Part shown: positions 41,501 through 59,135 of the stretch, one piece after another | How positions within the stretch are numbered: the first letter of the stretch is position 1 | How the letters are laid out: every line of letters starts with the position of its first letter | The notes under the pieces: model-generated | What the model saw: only the letters and a program-made list of their open reading frames with translations | Told to the model about the DNA's origin: nothing | The model's database searches: none | Position numbers and translations under genes: made by a program | Source: the human T2T-CHM13v2.0 reference genome, Homo sapiens | Strand: one strand, 5' to 3' | NCBI RefSeq assembly: GCF_009914755.1 | Contig: NC_060926.1 | Length of the DNA: 64,000 nt

Positions 41501-43049
41501 CAGCACAATGATCATATTTATTTTTGCTACTTTTGAGGTCTCTGGCTTCTATAAAAGGATGTGAAAACCTAGCAGGTGTTCCATATATTTATTTGAAAAA
41601 TATTAAACATCCAATTCCTGACATTTTGTCCAACCCAGTATGTAGGTGACTTCCACACAACCTCCCTACTTAGAGACTTCTGAAAGAGCAATTGTATCTC
41701 ATACTCTGAACCATGGATCATGAAACAGGGGGTGGTTTTTGAGTGGCAGTCTCCAGTTGCAAATATATAAATCTAAGCATTACAATGAAAGTGCTTGGAG
41801 TTTATAGTGTTAGGGGCCACAGATCTGTAATGCAATTTAGATGTCAGCTGCTAGAATCAATATGAATGATCATATGCTCAAGAGACTCATGTAATTACTA
41901 AGCATTAAATGAATATGTAACTTTCATCAATATACATTGTATTTCTTTAGCAACAAGGATGTTCTTGTTAAAATTTACATTCAAAAATTGCTATGCTTGC
42001 CATTTGGCAGATCCACAAAGAGAAGTATAAAATCAGAGACCCATACATAAGGTATAGGTATCAGTCACCTAATGGTATGGCAGCAGTCAGGTTTGGGAAT
42101 ACAGACATCTCACTGAGTTTCAGAAAGGTGAATGTAACTTTCCTCCAATAGCTTTATTTATGCCAAAGACATAGATAAATATACTGTATCACTTAACATC
42201 CTCATTTAAAGGTCCTCCCCCTGTTGCCATGAAGATTTGCTGAGCAAAGAGGGAATAACAATCTGTGCCTGTCAAAAACAAAATATTCCTGGGAAAAATA
42301 ATCCATTTGAAAATCTTATCCTAAATTTTATCATAAAATTCTTTGCTTGTTTAGTTTTCCTCTTCTGTAGGAGAGTCTCATACTACTACTATTCCTTGAT
42401 GCTAACAGGAGACCCAAATGTGACTTTCCTCCTAGCACCAACACTATAATTATACCTCACCTATGCCTGATTTATTACTTCTATATCCTCCAAAAACGGT
42501 TCTCTATCTCTTGATATTTGTAAAGAATATTATATAAAAATTATAAGGTAAGGCCAGCTTCTTAATTCTCTTTTTCAAAGTATCCACATCTACAGTATCC
42601 GTATGCACAGTGTCTGAAGCATAGTATGTCCCTCATAAATACTTGATTAGTAAATTGAGTAAACAATTATAATAGTAGCTTTTTAGTTTATAAATTCCTA
42701 TATAAAGGAACTATATGCTAAGTATATAAGTGGATTATTTTTTAGGATTATCATATGTGTCATGTTTTCACTATCTTTGTATTCCAGCAGTGCTGAATGA
42801 CTATATTATAACTTTCTGTTGCTATTAACATTAATGCTTTATTATCAGGAAATTCACAACCAGAAATGAGGAGTACGGGTTAATGGTCAAAATCAGCAGC
42901 AAACATTTTTACCATTCTAATTGCTGTCAATATATTCTGCTTCCTTAAAAGCTCTCATTCACATTTAAAAAATTACACAGTATATGAATTTTAGTAAATA
43001 AAATTAATTCCTTAATAAATGAATTAGAAAAAATTAAGAGAAATCAACT

Positions 43050-43545
43050 CACTCCAGTCTGGTATTAGCTCCAACACTACTCTTGCTTAAGTTATCAATG
43101 ACTTTTTTACTGCCAAACCTAACGGAAACTTTTCAATTCTTAACCTACTTAACTTTTTTAAAGCAGCATTTAACACAAACACTCTTCTTAATATACTATA
43201 TTCGCCTGGTTTTCATGACACCATATTCTCTTGGCTTTTTTTTTAATCATGATTTCCCACTCTTGCTCCTTTGGGTCCCAGTTTAAATGTCACTTTTAAG
43301 TCTTTCCTGATGGCCTTGAACTAATTTGAATTTTCCTCTTTAATAAAACTGCAGTTTACCTTCATAGTTGTTACTAATATTTCCTAATTTTGCATATTTT
43401 GGGGGGTTGTTACGTGTTTAATGTCTTTACCCCATACATACCAGACTGTAATCTCCAGAAGAGATAGTACTATGTTTATTTTGTTCAGAAGGATCTTGCA
43501 CTTAATTCAAGAATATTTGTTCAATGATTATTGGATAGATAAATA
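43050..43545 (+). mobile_element. L2 fragments
   Basis: ccagtctgg...tcaatgactttttactgccaaacctaacgga...cagcatttaacaca...catgacaccatattctcttgg...cagactgtaatctcc. Confidence 0.6.
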
Positions 43546-43683
43546 GTCACATTCCTGTTAGTGTCTTTAAAGATGCATATGCTTTTGCTTTTTAAACTCA
43601 TTAAGTGCCTCTTATATGCTTCTCTCTACTTCATGCCCTGGCCCCTAAACCCTGAAACTGGTTTAAAATAACTCTTAGGGGGC

Positions 43684-43815
43684 TAGGGTTGCAATATTTG
43701 GGGCATGCATATAAAAACACACACTTATACACATATATACATATATCCATTATTTATCTGAAAATCTAATTTAACTAGACATACTGTATTTCTATTTGTT
43801 AAATCTGGAAACTCA
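43684..43815. mobile_element. MER53 hAT MITE (internally deleted)
   Basis: tagggttgc...atatttggggcat...tttatctgaaaatctaatttaactagacatactgtatt...taaatctggaaactc. Confidence 0.7.
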
Positions 43816-43951
43816 TCTGATCCCATTTACTAGTCAAGTAATGTTTCCCTAAAATTGTGAAAATTTGGCTTGTTTCTTAAATACAATACTGTTTCACAGC
43901 TCTATAGTTACCTTGCATGAACCTTTATTTTAGCAATATCCTTATTAAGCT

Positions 43952-44062
43952 TATATATATATATATATAAAATTGTCTTTTCAGCAAGATAGATATATAC
44001 CTATATTTATATCTTCATATATATTTATCAAATATATATATATATTTTTTTTTTATTTATAT
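43952..44062. repeat. (TA)n / AT-rich low complexity
   Basis: Two TA runs with degenerate AT-rich sequence between them. Confidence 0.8.
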
Positions 44063-46426
44063 ACATTTCTTGAAGGTACTTCTTGTCCTCCTGAACCAAA
44101 AGTTCATTACTCTCTATCTTGTTCAGCCACACACAGATTCAAATTATATAATGGATAAAAATTATTCACATGTTTTTCAATGATCAAATCCTCAAAATAT
44201 TGAGGAAATGATTTAGCATTTAATTTGGAAAGCCACTGTGACTCCATGTTTGTAAATGCCATAGTTACCTCAAATCTATCTTTGTGTTGCATTCTTTCTA
44301 GCTTTCCCCTTAAGACTTTAAAAAATTGTTATTTACTCTCTTCTTAAAAATTATTTTTAATTAATATTACATTGGTAAATCACTGTCATCTGATATATAA
44401 GCTTTTATCACCCAATGTAACACTATCACACTGAACTAGAATATTTTTCATTCTCTCATTGAACCATCAGTGTTTGAATTTAGTCAAAGCCTGGAAAATG
44501 AATCCTGAGGGAATAAATACTTCGCATAGATTACCTTCCAGCCAACACAACGATTAACAGACATAAGGCTTGTAGTTACATAAAACATCTGTAATAGATT
44601 GCAAAATTTCTGCATTTATCCAGTAGTATTCAAAATTTTACAAAATTTTTATTTTATGCATATAAGCATTATCTGAATCTGTTATATTTATGGATCAAAA
44701 ACTTTAAATGATATAATCAATCATGTTTATTCTCATACAATTAAATGCATTTTTGCTATGATTTTTGTTATTTAAATGTAAATTTACACCAAATAAAAAG
44801 CCAGTTCAAGAATTTTATCAATTTCTTCTCTCTTTTTCAGTCTATATGAACTTCATTGTTCCAAGACTTGTAAAATAAAGTTGAAGTTAAATGTATCAAG
44901 TCAAGCAAAGTCAGCGTACTGTGACTTTATATTTACTATCCTGTAGTTCTCAAATAAAGGTATTTTCATTTGGATCATGAGTTTGACATCTAGAAATAAT
45001 GTGGGTGGGATGAAAAAAGCTATATTATATTTATTTAGGGTGGGGAGTGAAGATAATGAAGCCAAGATTGCTGGTATAAATAAAAATGAAACCCAATTAA
45101 CTTCTGCTGCCAGCTGAGCAAAAAAGGGAAAGGGGAGGGAAAAACGTATTGCTCTTTTGCTTACCCATTTATTCTTCACACACACAAGAAAAGGAGGAGA
45201 TATATTAAATATGTCTATCACACTAATATCTTGGCAACAACCCTAAGAGAACAATTAACCCCCTTCCCACTCCCAGCTGAAAGGAAGAAGCAAACATCAT
45301 GGTGGCAGCCAACACGTAGCTTAAAAAGGCATATAACAACGAAAAAGTAAGGAATTTAATGTTACTACTCTCTTCTAATGTGAATTTGGAAAAGATGCAA
45401 GGAAGGGAGCACAGAATGATGTAACTGAAAATTTACTGTCTGAACAAGTTTTTTTTAAATTTGAAATATTTTGAATTTGCATTTAAATTTTAAGAATTTG
45501 TTGAGTCATACATTTTATGAAAATATAAAATAAAATTTTAAGAATGTGTATTATCATGCTCTTGTTCTTTATACTGTTGAATAATAATTCTAACTAGCAC
45601 ACTAACTAATGTCAATAAAAATTCAATTTTTTCCTGAACCATTTTTTATTAAATTAGCTCTATATTTGCTATATGCCAATCCATTTATATTTTGGGTTTC
45701 TTTTAGAAGTTATATGAAAGTTTTTATGTCCCCTTTTTCCTCCTAGGATTTTAATACACTTTACTATATTAAAACTTTCATCCTAAAATAATTTTTACAG
45801 CTTCTCTGCTTAGAAAAATTGTAATTGTTCTGTTAATAAATCCAACTAAAATTAGAAAGTGAAAAATTTAACTAACAAATAATTTTTGTTACTAGTTATT
45901 TTGAGAAAGCATCAACCCTAAGAGTTTACAAAACTAAATATATGATAAGGAAAAAAATGTTTTATCAGCGTTGGGGAGATAATTTCTTCATTGCTACCAT
46001 TTACATGAGGCTGGAATAAATTTTCTGGCTAGAATCTGAAAAGATTCATTCTATCATAACTGTGCTTGATCTTTCGAATTATGAAATGCCTCATTTTCTG
46101 TCAAAAATAAGTTTGAATCATTTTATTGTCACAAAAGTAAACAAAAATCACTAGTATTTTGTCATTCGGCATGAGAATATCTATCCTATAGAGGTAATTA
46201 GGATTTGCTGAAAACAATGTATTTAATGTGTAGATATATAATTTTCATATGTAATATTTATATATTATATCACATAAAATATTTAATAATTAAATTCATA
46301 TATATTATACAATAAATGGGAACTTTACATTCAATGTTTTCCTATAGGACACTTTTACTATTCTTCCCTCTCTCACTGCTTCCTTCTTTCTTTCTCTTTA
46401 AATTATTTCCAAAGTTACATGGTCCC

Positions 46427-47092
46427 TATAACAGGCTGAATCCTCAGATGACCCCCAAGAATCCTGCTCTGTGTTCAGGCTGTGTGTAATCCCCTCCCCT
46501 TGAGTGGGTATGGGTCATATGAATACACTGTAGTTTCATTCCCAGAAGTATGTTATTTTCTGCTGTTTGGAAGATATTTTGCAGATATAATTAATATCTC
46601 AAATCAGTTGACTTTGATGTAATGAAAAGGGAGATTATCCTGGTTGAGCCTGATCTAATTGGGTGAATCTTTCAAAAGTCAGAGAGATTCAAATCGGCAA
46701 AGATGCTCTTCTGTTGGCCTGGAACAAAGCAGTCATGTTGTCAACTGTCTACGGAGGAAGCTATATGGCTAGGACCCCAGAATGGCCTCTAGGTTTGGAG
46801 AGCAACCCCAGGCTGTTGGCCAGTAAGAAAATGGGGATCCTTGTCCTACAGCTGCAAGAAGCTGAATTCTTCCAACAACCTAACTGAGCTTAGAAGAGGA
46901 CATCAGTCACCAGATGAGAACTCAGCACTGGCTGATATCTCAGTTTCAGTTTTGTGAGACACTCTGAGCAGGATCTAGCCATGCTATACCTGTACCTCTA
47001 ACCCATGGGAATTGACATAGTAAAGACATGGCGGGGGGTTTGACCCATTAAATTTGTGATAATTTATTACACAGTAATACAAAACAAATACA
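46427..47092 (+). mobile_element. MLT1E-family MaLR solo LTR
   Basis: gtaatcccctccccttgagtg, aatcagttgactttg...aaaagggagattatcctgg, 3' end aaatttgtgataatttattacacagtaatacaaaacaaataca; 5-bp TSD gtccc/atccc. Confidence 0.85.
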
Positions 47093-47581
47093 ATCCCAAT
47101 GCTTTATCTAAGTCATAGAAATTCTGTTCTCTAGGAAAGAAACCATAATTATATAGTTTTAGGAAAATTTACTAATTCTTATTTCTATCCAATGGAGAAC
47201 AATCACTGATAAACTTGTTACTTGCTGAAAGACAGTGATAACTTTATACTACTCCTTTATATCAGTCTATCTAAATACCCTCAGAGATATGTCATATTAG
47301 TCTATGTTATATAGAACATAAAGTTGCTTTTTTTAATCTGTCTTATCAGTCTTATCATATAACTGTCATATGCAAAAATAAATAAATGGAACACTAAAAA
47401 GTTAATGCAGGCAAGTCAAGCTCCTAAATTCATAGAGGTTGAAATTCCTAAAAGGACTCACACATTCACAGCAATCAGGAATATCATATACCTCCTTTAA
47501 GCTATTTGTGGATTTCCATTAATATGAGGGAACCTAGTTCCCACATGGAAATGGAGATAGATTCTAAGAAATATTTTCACA

Positions 47582-47898
<317 letters not shown>

Positions 47899-49779
47899 TT
47901 ACAAGCAGCAATAAGCAGCAATATGAACCTCAACAAAGCTTCAGGAAGAATAATCTCTACACATGGAAAGCAGACTCAAAACCTGAGAAAGTCATGATTC
48001 CCACATCCCCTTTTTGTTCAGAAAAGGGGATATATGACGAGCTCTTCTATATTCATGAGGTGTTAATCTTTCCTGAACAAAGCTTTGCTAAATACATGTC
48101 CACCTCAGTATTTCTTTCAGCTTGTAGATAATCAACGATTAATTTGAATAGTTACTTTATATATTGAGAACCAATTCCTTCAAAATAACTGCTTTCTTAC
48201 TCCTTTTTTCTCCTCTTAACCAATGAACATTAATTGAGCATCCAGACACTGCAGAGCACCATAAAAATAGAAATAAAGAAATACATTATAAGTAATCAAG
48301 TCTTTGAATGGTGCTATGTGCTATTTCCTTACCTTTAGCTTTAAAAATCCAAATTGTTTTTATCAATATAGACTTTTATAAGATTAAAGGCCGTGGACAA
48401 GGAGGAGAGTTTAAATGAAACCTGATAGATTACTGTCCAGTATAAAAAAAAAAAGTCTTATGGGAACTCACTTTGAATGAAAATCAATGCACACTCACAT
48501 AGCATAAATAATAATGAGATTTACTGTGATGCGACAGCATGCTTTGGCATTGTGCTGTCAGAGGCGGAGAGAACTCATGGCTTTCTGCCAATCAAGCTGA
48601 GCTTAAAGGGCATGTCGCAATGTTCAGATCATGTTACATTAATGAAAAGATTACACAAAAGAGAAACAGATATCCCTGTTTCAATATTCTATGAAAAATT
48701 ATAAAATACTCCTTTTCACCTCCCCCTCCTTGGTTTGTGTGATCTTTCTTCTGATTTCTATATATAAAGCTAGAAAGCACCATAAAGATTTTAAAAATAA
48801 TCAACTTTGGCAACTAATCCTATTTAACTAAAATAAAAGAAGTATAGATAATCATCTAAAAACTTCTGATGGGAAAATTAGAAGAAGATGACAAAACCAG
48901 TGTAAATTTCTGTGGAGGTTTTCAAACCCCAAACCTGAACTTTAGATGATTTGAGAATTATAAAGTGGTGAAGCCTCCTCAGAGAACTCACCCTGTATAC
49001 ACAGTATTGAGTTATGATATATCTTAGAGTACAATACCATAGAGTGGAGGAGATAATTTATAATTAAAATCACATATTTCCAATAGAATTATGAATCTTC
49101 AAGGTCTTCAATGGATATTTTAATTCACACATTCATTCAGCAAGAACATTTTTATGGGACTATTGTATTCATAGCACTGCCCAGAATTATAATATTGGAG
49201 GGAGGCAGAAGCAGTAAAGACTATTTTCATCCTGCAGAGCCTACCATGTATGTGAGATGGCAGATAAAAAAAATATATAAACAAAAAATCAGTAAACCCC
49301 ACCTTGCTGCTACAGTGCAGTGGAAAGCAAATGGAGAATAAGTGTGTGTCCGTATAGCACCAGTTATCTGGACAGACAAACAAAACGTCACATAATCAAC
49401 CAGATGATGATATATGCAATGGCAAACTGCCACATGCACCAAAGCTTCCAAATTGTTTATTTTTTTTCTGTAAAGTTTAGAGTCATCTAGACAATAAATT
49501 TCAACAAATTGGATCAGCTAGGCTAAAAATTTATGTATATGTGAAGTATGCTGGCAAGTTAACAATGCCTGTCGTAAAAGAACTGGAATCTCTGTACTTG
49601 AAAAATATTGACAAAATGCCCAAGGAAGAAAGGGCAGCATGAGCTCTGTGTATTGGCTTGGAATTGGACATATCAGTATGGATTCATGGGAAGAGAGAGA
49701 GACAGAGCACTGTAAGTGTGTGTGACACATAGGTGAATAATGTACAGTGTTGCAATTAAGGAACACAGTCTAATGTGGA

Positions 49780-50560
49780 AAATATAATGAGGGAAACCTT
49801 AACAATAATAGAGAATGACAAAGTTAGAAGAGAGGGAAACAGAAAGCACTGTAGAAGCAGATAATTAGAACAACTAACCAAGTAAAAGGGGAAAAGAGGG
49901 CTCAGGGATCATTCAAATAAAAAACAAAAAGATGCCTCGGTGAAGTCTGGATGGACTCAAGTCAGAGCTGAGAAATGGTTGGGGATATTTGTTGCTGATG
50001 GGCAATGGTGCTCTAGGTAGAAGGAAACATATATGCAAAAGTGCATAGTTAATGCCATAGCCTGTTCCATTTGAAACACTGCAGAAAGGGATGAAAATGT
50101 GGGAAGAAGCAACAGAAAGGTACTAAAGGGCCAGTAAATCAAGCTCAGTATTTAACTTTTCCAGTGAAGTCAAAGAGGGTCATAAGAGTACTGAAGAAGG
50201 GGTGTGTCATAGTCAGGTTCAATTCACAGACATCTCTCTGGCAGCAGAGGCTTAGAAAGAGGTAAGACTGAAGCTAGAAGGGAAGTTTAGGGCTGTTACA
50301 GCTTATCCAGGTGATAAATAATGAGGATCTAAGCAACAATAAGTGGTTCTGGAATAGAAAGGAGAGAAGGAGAGACTTGCTATATGTATTATTTTACAGT
50401 ATTTAATGTTTGATTTCATGTAGAGGTGAGAGTCAAGGAATGGAAAACGAGTCCCATTTTCCTGACTCATGCCATTCTTTGGATGGCGGTCCTATTAAAA
50501 TGATAAAGAATGTAGAGAAAGAAGGAAGTTATAAGAGGAAGATTATGACTGTTGGCCAAT
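49780..50560 (-). mobile_element. L2 LINE relic
   Basis: gaaggaaacatatatgcaaaa...gtgtcatagtcaggtt...ctctggcagcag...agactgaagctag...tccaggtgataaataatgagg. Confidence 0.65.
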
Positions 50561-50617
50561 ACCTAAGCAAAATGCGATAGAAATGCACAGAATGAACAGA
50601 AATCAGAATATAGGCTA

Positions 50618-50972
<355 letters not shown>

Positions 50973-52619
50973 TTATCCATAATAAAATATGCTACTATCT
51001 CAGTTAATTGATTTCCAATGGATTTTGTATTGTAACAGATTCAAAATTTAAATGCAAAATTGGCTTTCAGAGGCTATTGAGGTAAAATATATTTTTGTCA
51101 AATTGCCAAATTCATTGTCAAACACCATCACAAACATCATCAAGAATATTCCATTTTCGAAGTAATTACTGTTTTAAAATGTTAAAATACAGAAAATATG
51201 TACCACACAACTGTGTCTAGGATTCAGATGAATTCCCCTACTTAAATGTATGACAGTGCGTATGGTTTTCTGAACATATATTTTACAAAATCTATGTCTA
51301 TATAATATGAATCATACTACTTATTCAGGTTATCTTTTATCTGTCTCTCCATCTGCCCATTCATCTATCTACTGACATAACTATTTAAAATCAGGAGTTA
51401 TAATACAAAAGTTTTTCACTAAAGATCAGCATGATAAAGAGTCTAGAGTCTCAAAAATCCAATGAGCAGTACCTTCCCAGGAATCATAGGGAAATGATGT
51501 ACTTATTATGGAACTTTTAAATTAGATTATACATAAGTTGATACCATTAAATAAACTAATTTGATTCACTGATACCTAAAAAACTTTGCAAAATACTGTC
51601 ATATTTACCCAAATTTAAGAAATGTTGAGTTATCTTTCTCTTGAATCTTCGAAATACAGTTAGAGTATAGTTAGGGTGTAGATATGAACAATGCCAGAAA
51701 TGTTTACCTAAATACCTTATTTCAATGATTTGGTCTTCCAAAAGTAACTACTTTGTTGTTTCAGAAATTTTTTCAAGAAGTGTTACAGAACATCAGAGAT
51801 AACTAGATATTTCATTACAGACATGTTTTGAAGGAACGATTTCACACTAAGAATGAAGAAAACAAAAATCCAGTCATCTCAAACGGACAAAACCTGAGGG
51901 TGTCCGAAAGGAAAAAAAAAACAGGTTATAAAACCTTTTCACTTCATTTTTGACATGTTTTAAGTCATTTGTCTGGACTCCTGATGGGCTTAAACCTAAG
52001 GAGACCTGGAACTTTAAAAAGAAGAAAATATTTTTCTTTCCATCTTTCATTACTTCAGACTGAAACGGCAAAGTGCCCATGAAGGTGAGTGCCAGAAGCA
52101 GCATTAAAAAATTGGCTCTTGTTAAATGCCTTCAAAGAAACCTCTGTTTTCATCAGGAAATGGCAATTACATGGATAACATGGACTGCCAAGGTTTATTC
52201 TGAAGAAGAGGGATGGTCCATATTGTGGATATTTTCCTTATGTTTATTAACACTTCATAAACAGTCAGGTCTGATAGAAGCATATGACAAAAATTAGGAT
52301 AGATAAGACCCAGAACTATACATACTGCTGTTTTTTTATCCCTATAGTTTTTACTCCTCCTGTAGTAACACAACTAATACCAATATGCATGTATTTATTT
52401 TGACAAAGTCTTGCAATCAACTAGGATAAAAAAATGCTTTGGTTCATTTTTCTACTAACCTTTTTCTTCATTATTTATTTAACAATTCATTTTTCAATCT
52501 CCCTTTTAAGTGAATACACCAACTGTATGAGTGAAATAATTTTCTTCATTTAATCTGAAGCTTTTACTTATTGTTTTTATGACCCTGAATGATCTTAGAC
52601 ATGTGTACTTCGCCTCAGA

Positions 52620-52800
52620 TGAAAGGCAGTATAGCACTGTTTTAGATTCGAATTTCCTGTATTATCTGTGTGACAGTGAAGAAATTAATTAAACTCTTTA
52701 TGCATCAGTCTTCTCATCTGTCAAGTGGGTTTGATAATAATAGTACTTTTTTTCTCAAGGGCTGTTATTATAATACAATAAATTAACATATTTATCAATG
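52620..52800 (+). mobile_element. MIR SINE
   Basis: ggcagtatagc...attcgaattt...ctgtgtgac...tcagtcttctcatctgtcaagtggg...ataataatagtac. Confidence 0.7.
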
Positions 52801-53019
52801 AGTTAATATATGTTGTTTTTATATGTTATAAAGAAACATTATGAAGACTACATAAGTGTTTCATAATGCTTAAATATTCTAACCTTAATGGGAAACTCAG
52901 TGTTTCCTGCTCTTTGATTCCATTTTCAAAGAAGAAATGCTGTTAAATAAAGGCTTTGAAGGAAAACAATAAATCTACTTAAGTAGATATAAGAGTTTTC
53001 AGGGGAGTAAGTAAAGATT

Positions 53020-53326
53020 TTACTTTTTACTATTATTATTATTTTGAGACAGAGTCTTGCTCTGTAACCCAGGCTGGAGTGCAGTAGCATGATCTCAGCT
53101 CACCACAACCTCTGTCTCCTGTGTTCAAGCGATTTTCCTGCCTCTGCCTTCTGAGTAACTGGGACTACAGGCGCCTGCCACCACGCCTGGCTAACTTTTT
53201 ATATTTTTAGTAGAGACGGGGTTTCACCGTGTTAGCCAGGATGGTCTCCATCTCCTGACCTCATGATCCGCCTGCCTCGGCTTCCCAAAGTGCTGGGATT
53301 ACAGGCGTGAGCCACCACACCCGGCC
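53020..53326 (-). mobile_element. AluSc/Sc8-like
   Basis: ccgtgttagccaggatggtctc left arm with an S-type right arm; perfect 17-bp TSD gggagtaagtaaagatt (53003-53019 / 53327-53343). Confidence 0.96.
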
Positions 53327-54578
53327 GGGAGTAAGTAAAGATTCTAAATGGAAGTGAACAGAATCTCACTTTTCTTTCTCTTCTACTCACATAGATAGCA
53401 TGGTAACATGAGACATAGCAGTGCCTCCCTTTGGGAATTGTCCCCATCCTTAGAAGACCAAGAAGAAAACAGGGTAAGATCCCTGAAGTATCATTTGTCC
53501 CTTGCGCTACAGAGATTTTTAATGCAATTATTAAAATAAAATTCAAAAGCAACAAAAGTTAAAAAGAAATACTTACTGTAAATTCTAGACAGAATTGGAA
53601 GAGATCTTCAGGGCAATACTTATTCCTGAATGCATTGAAAAGTCCACAAATATTATAAGAGATCAGAAGAAGATACAAGTTGGGTAGGTCCAAAAGAGAT
53701 TGGAATATTCAGGACATGCTATTGGATTCCTTTTTTAAATCACTATTTTTGAGATCCACTTTTAAGAATAATATTAATAATGATATAATGACCATGCTTT
53801 ACACCTGTAGAATGTACTTTCTAGCAAAATATTTTACAAAGAAAATAGGGTTGAGAGAGTTTCACTTCAGGGAAATTCATAAATCTTGAAATCCACTCTA
53901 ACCCCACTCATTTAGGAGACCAAGACTTATGTGGTGAGGTAGGTAGGAGCAAAATTTCATTTGAAATAACTATATATGTATATATTTGAAAGCTTTCCTA
54001 TAACACTTATAAAGCTCATTCTAAGTTATTTTTCATACTATTTTCAAAATTTTAATTCCTGAAATGATTACGTTAGCCTCCTTAATGGATATGTTTTTAC
54101 TGAGTATTATGGAAAGGCAAATATAACCAGTAAGTTGATATTAAGAAACATAAGGATCTGAGTTCTAAAATAACACCTTAAACATGCCGATTAGACAGAT
54201 TTATCATTATCACACGTTTATATTTACTTTTATTAAACACTCAATTTCTGTTGACTTCTTTTTAAAATTTTGTTAGAAAGTAATTCACATAAGAGAATCT
54301 CATTGAGATGCAGCCTCTTGTGTTCTATAATATGTTGGTTTTATATTCCCTTTTAATTTTATAGCAGGTTTGGCCAAATTATGAGCAAGTCAAATAATTT
54401 GACCAAAGCCAAGTTGAGTTGGTAATTCTGTCTACTTACACTTTTGTGCATGTATTTATCTTATTTGGGAGTTTGCTTCTTTCTACATTTGACTTTTCAT
54501 TTGTGATTAAAAGTTATCCAGAGTTCTGTCCTAAATTAACAGTATTTCTCTAGATGTTTTTGTATATGTCTCTTTGCA

Positions 54579-54583
<5 letters not shown>

Positions 54584-54616
<33 letters not shown>
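54584..54616 (+). repeat. (ATT)n microsatellite from the L1 poly-A tail
   Basis: About 11 TAT/ATT units. Confidence 0.92.
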
Positions 54617-54812
54617 GCTTTAAGTCTTGGGATACATGTGCAGAACGCACAGGTTTGTTACATAGGTATACACATGCCATGGTTTGCTGCACTCATCAAC
54701 CCATCACCTACATTAGGTATTTCTTCTAATGCCATCCCTCCCCTAGCCCCTCAACCTCTGACAGGCCCTGTTGTGTGATGTTTCCCTCCCTGTGTCCATG
54801 TGTTCTTATTGT

Positions 54813-57745
<2,933 letters not shown>

Positions 57746-58521
57746 CCTCCTTTGGAGGAGAAGAAATATTATCACTTTTGGAATTTTCAGCCTTTCTGCG
57801 CTAGTTTTTCCTCATCTTCGTGGATTTATCTACCTTTGGTCTTTGATGTTGGTGACCTTTGGATGGGGTTTTTGTGCGGACATCCTTTTTGTTGATGTTG
57901 ACGCTATTCCTTTCTATTTGTTAGTTTTCCTTTTAACAGTCATGCCCCTCTGCTGCAGGTCTGCTGGAATTTGCTGGAGGTCCACTCCAGGTCTTGTTTG
58001 CCTGAGTATCACCAGTCGAGGCTACAGAACAGCAAAGATTGCTGCCTGTTCTTTCCTCTGGAAGCTTCATCCCAGAGGGCCACCTGCCAGATGCCAGTTG
58101 GAGCACTCCTGTATGAGGTGTCTGTCGACTCCTGCTGGGAGATGTGTCCCAGTCTGGAGGCACGGGGGTCAGGGACCCACTGAGGAGGCAGTCTGTCGCT
58201 TATCAGAGCTCGAATGCTATGCTGGGAGGTCTGCTGCTCTCTTCAGAGCCAGCAGGCAGGAACATTTAAGTCTGCTGAAGCTGCACCCACAGCTGCCCCT
58301 TCTCCCAGGTGCTCTGTCCCAGGGATGTGGGAGTTTATCTATAAGTCCCTGACTGTGGCTACTGCCTTTCTTTCAGAGATGTCCTGCCCAGAGAGGAGGA
58401 ATCTAGAGAGGCAGCCTGGCTACATCGGCTTTGCAGGGCTGCAGAGGACTGTGCCCAGTTCGAACTTCCAAGTGGCTTTGTTTACACTGTGAGGGGAAAA
58501 CCACCTACTCAAGTCTCAGTA

Positions 58522-58740
58522 ATAGCGGACGCCCCTCCCCCAACAAAGCTCAAGTGTCCCAGGTTGACTTCAGACTGCTGTGCTGGCAGCATGAATTTCA
58601 AGCCAGTGGATTTTAGCTTGCTGGGCTCCATGGGGGTAGGATCCGCTGAGCTAGACCACTTAACTCCTGGGCTTCCGCCGCCTTTCCAGAGGAGTAAACG
58701 GTTCTGTCTTGCTGGTGTTTCAGGCACCACTGAGGTATGA
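58522..58740 (+). pseudogene. L1 ORF0 homolog (antisense ORF in 5'UTR), start codon ATG>ATA
   Basis: IADAPPPTKLKCPRLTSDCCAGS...SMGVGSAE aligns to the remembered ORF0 MAGAPPPASLPPCSLISDCCASN...SVGVGPSE. Confidence 0.7.
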
Positions 58741-59135
58741 AAAATAATTCCTGCAGTTAGCTGGGTGTCTGCCCAAATGGCTGCCCAGTTTTGTGCTTGA
58801 AACCCAGGGCCCTGGTGGCATAGGCACCCAAGGGAATCTCCTGTTGTTGGGTTGCGAAGACTGTAGGAAAAGCATGCATTTGGGCCGGAATGCACCATTC
58901 CTCATGGCTCAGTCCCTCATGATTTTCCTTGGCTAGGGGAGGGAGTTCCCTGACCCCATACACTGCTGTGGTGAGGCAACACCCTATCCTGCTTCAGCTC
59001 ACCCTTCACTGGGCTGCAACCACTGTCTAACCAGTCCCAGTGAGATGAGCCAGGTACCTCAGTTGGAAATGCAGAAACCACCTGCCTTCTGTGTTGATCT
59101 CGCTGGAAGCTGCAGACCAGAGCTGTTCTTATGCA

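Noticed and set aside
57843-58963. Cluster of long ORFs (up to 169 aa) in a GC-richer segment; possible CpG island or gene
   Set aside because: It is the L1 5'UTR with decayed CpGs; only the ORF0-homologous frame is meaningful
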